Positions 62,346-64,000 of a DNA stretch of 64,000 nt are shown here, one piece after another. Source of the DNA: Eledone cirrhosa. Its lineage: Eukaryota. The notes beneath the pieces were generated by a model. The model did not search any database and was not told the origin of the DNA. It saw nothing but the letters and a program-made list of their open reading frames with translations. The stretch is taken from assembly GCA_964016885.1 (NCBI GenBank), contig OZ024746.1, positions 4,154,001-4,218,000 of the forward strand, read 5' to 3'. Each line of letters opens with the position of its first letter. The first letter of the stretch is position 1. The translations under genes were made by a program, and so were the position numbers.

Positions 62346-62627
62346 ATATTAGCCTCTACATTGTTCGTGTGTGATGAAAATGTTTTATTTTATCGTCATT
62401 ATGAAATGACCATTTCGTAAGAGTTGGAAGCCAGATAAGAATGGAGTCCATTGGATTAGCAGTGGATTTGCTATAATCTGTTTCAGCTGTTTAGGTTGTC
62501 AGTTCAAATCCTGCTCGGGTTTCTCGCTCATCCGTCGTCCATTTCATTGACTGTTTCATGTCCCAACTAATTTGTTGGTTTCTGGTTACACAAACCTTTG
62601 TATGTATGATAGATATCTACAGCATTG

Positions 62628-62671
<44 letters not shown>

Positions 62672-62775
62672 AATAGAGGAGTAACCACAGTTAATAAGGT
62701 ACTCAATACATTAGTAGAGTGTGAACATCATTTAATATAGAAAAGGCTACTACAGGACCAGGACTGTTTTATATA
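62672..62775 (-). mobile_element. Family C tail fragment
   Basis: gtaaccacag..aaggtactcaataca..tacaggac..actgttt. Confidence 0.65.
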
Positions 62776-62787
62776 TTAGATAATTGT

Positions 62788-62880
<93 letters not shown>

Positions 62881-63118
62881 AGTATTGAAGTTTCCTTTGA
62901 AAATTGAAAAAGTCATAGGAGTGAAGAGTGCTCTATGTAAGTTACAGAGCTAAATTTAATTAATGTATAAATTAATGTATACATTTAATTAATATATATG
63001 TATAGTGTGTGTGTGTGTATGTGTGTGTATGTATGTGTGTATGTGTGTGTGTATGTGCGTGTGAATCTTCAAATACATTCTCAGGCACACAAAAATAGCC
63101 ACTGTCACGTGTACTAGT

Positions 63119-63152
<34 letters not shown>

Positions 63153-63198
63153 ACACTTCACCAGTTAGACCTCGGTATAATAACGTCCAGACAAATGT

Positions 63199-63240
<42 letters not shown>

Positions 63241-63335
63241 CACCAGACAGATGTAAGTATAAACACACACACACACATACACGCACAGACACACACACAC
63301 ACACACACTTCACCAGACAAATGTAAGTACCCCCC

Positions 63336-63379
<44 letters not shown>

Positions 63380-63744
63380 CCCCAGACAGATGTAAGTATA
63401 GACACGCAGGCAGTTATTCATTCATGCCAGACAGGGAAACACTCCTATCCCCTTCCTTACACAATGCTTTTCTCTCTCGCTCATTCTCTCCCTCTCCCCC
63501 TCTCCCTCTCCCCCTCTCTCTCATACACACACACATACATACACACATGCATACACACATATATATATTACTATATATATATATATATATATTTAATACA
63601 TAAACAGAGAAAGCCTTAAGCGATACTCTGACCAACTCCATCTCACTCAACAAACAGGATATACCTGAGTATAATCCCAGTTATACGTTTGGGGTGTAAC
63701 TATAGTATTGCGTGGGTAGCTGGTTGTATTATTTTATATGAGAC

Positions 63745-63802
<58 letters not shown>

Positions 63803-63876
63803 AAAGTTCTATTTAAAATTGTTGGGATACAACAAGTAAATATTTTATAACTGATATAAAGCACTCGATATTTATA

Positions 63877-63929
<53 letters not shown>

Positions 63930-64000
63930 CCTCCACCCATCCCAATCACCACCCTCTCCTACCACCAGAAAAGATCTAAATACCACCATATTCCTTGGAC

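Overview
AT-rich, microsatellite-dense eukaryotic DNA. The two dominant tRNA-derived SINE families resemble octopus SINEs as I recall them, so an octopod cephalopod source is inferred but not verified. I found no convincing protein-coding gene; nearly every listed ORF is a read-through of simple repeats. The main signal is a swarm of about 25-30 short elements from 10 or more unrelated families, mostly embedded in (TA)n tracts. The typical layout is a truncated inverted arm, a type I hammerhead ribozyme (HHR), and a 70-95 nt unpaired tail that often carries a TGAGTRC motif. I could fold about a dozen complete or near-complete HHRs by eye, most with a palindromic helix III. Three unrelated sequences carry the compensatory U3-A8 core (UUGAWAA), and several have U.U at 10.1/11.1. 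The architecture matches pLTR remnants or non-autonomous derivatives of Penelope-like elements (PLEs). Also present: many SINE copies, fragments of RTE, CRE and L1/Tx1 LINEs, a bipartite RTE-derived element, and several minisatellites. Coordinates of degraded repeats are approximate.
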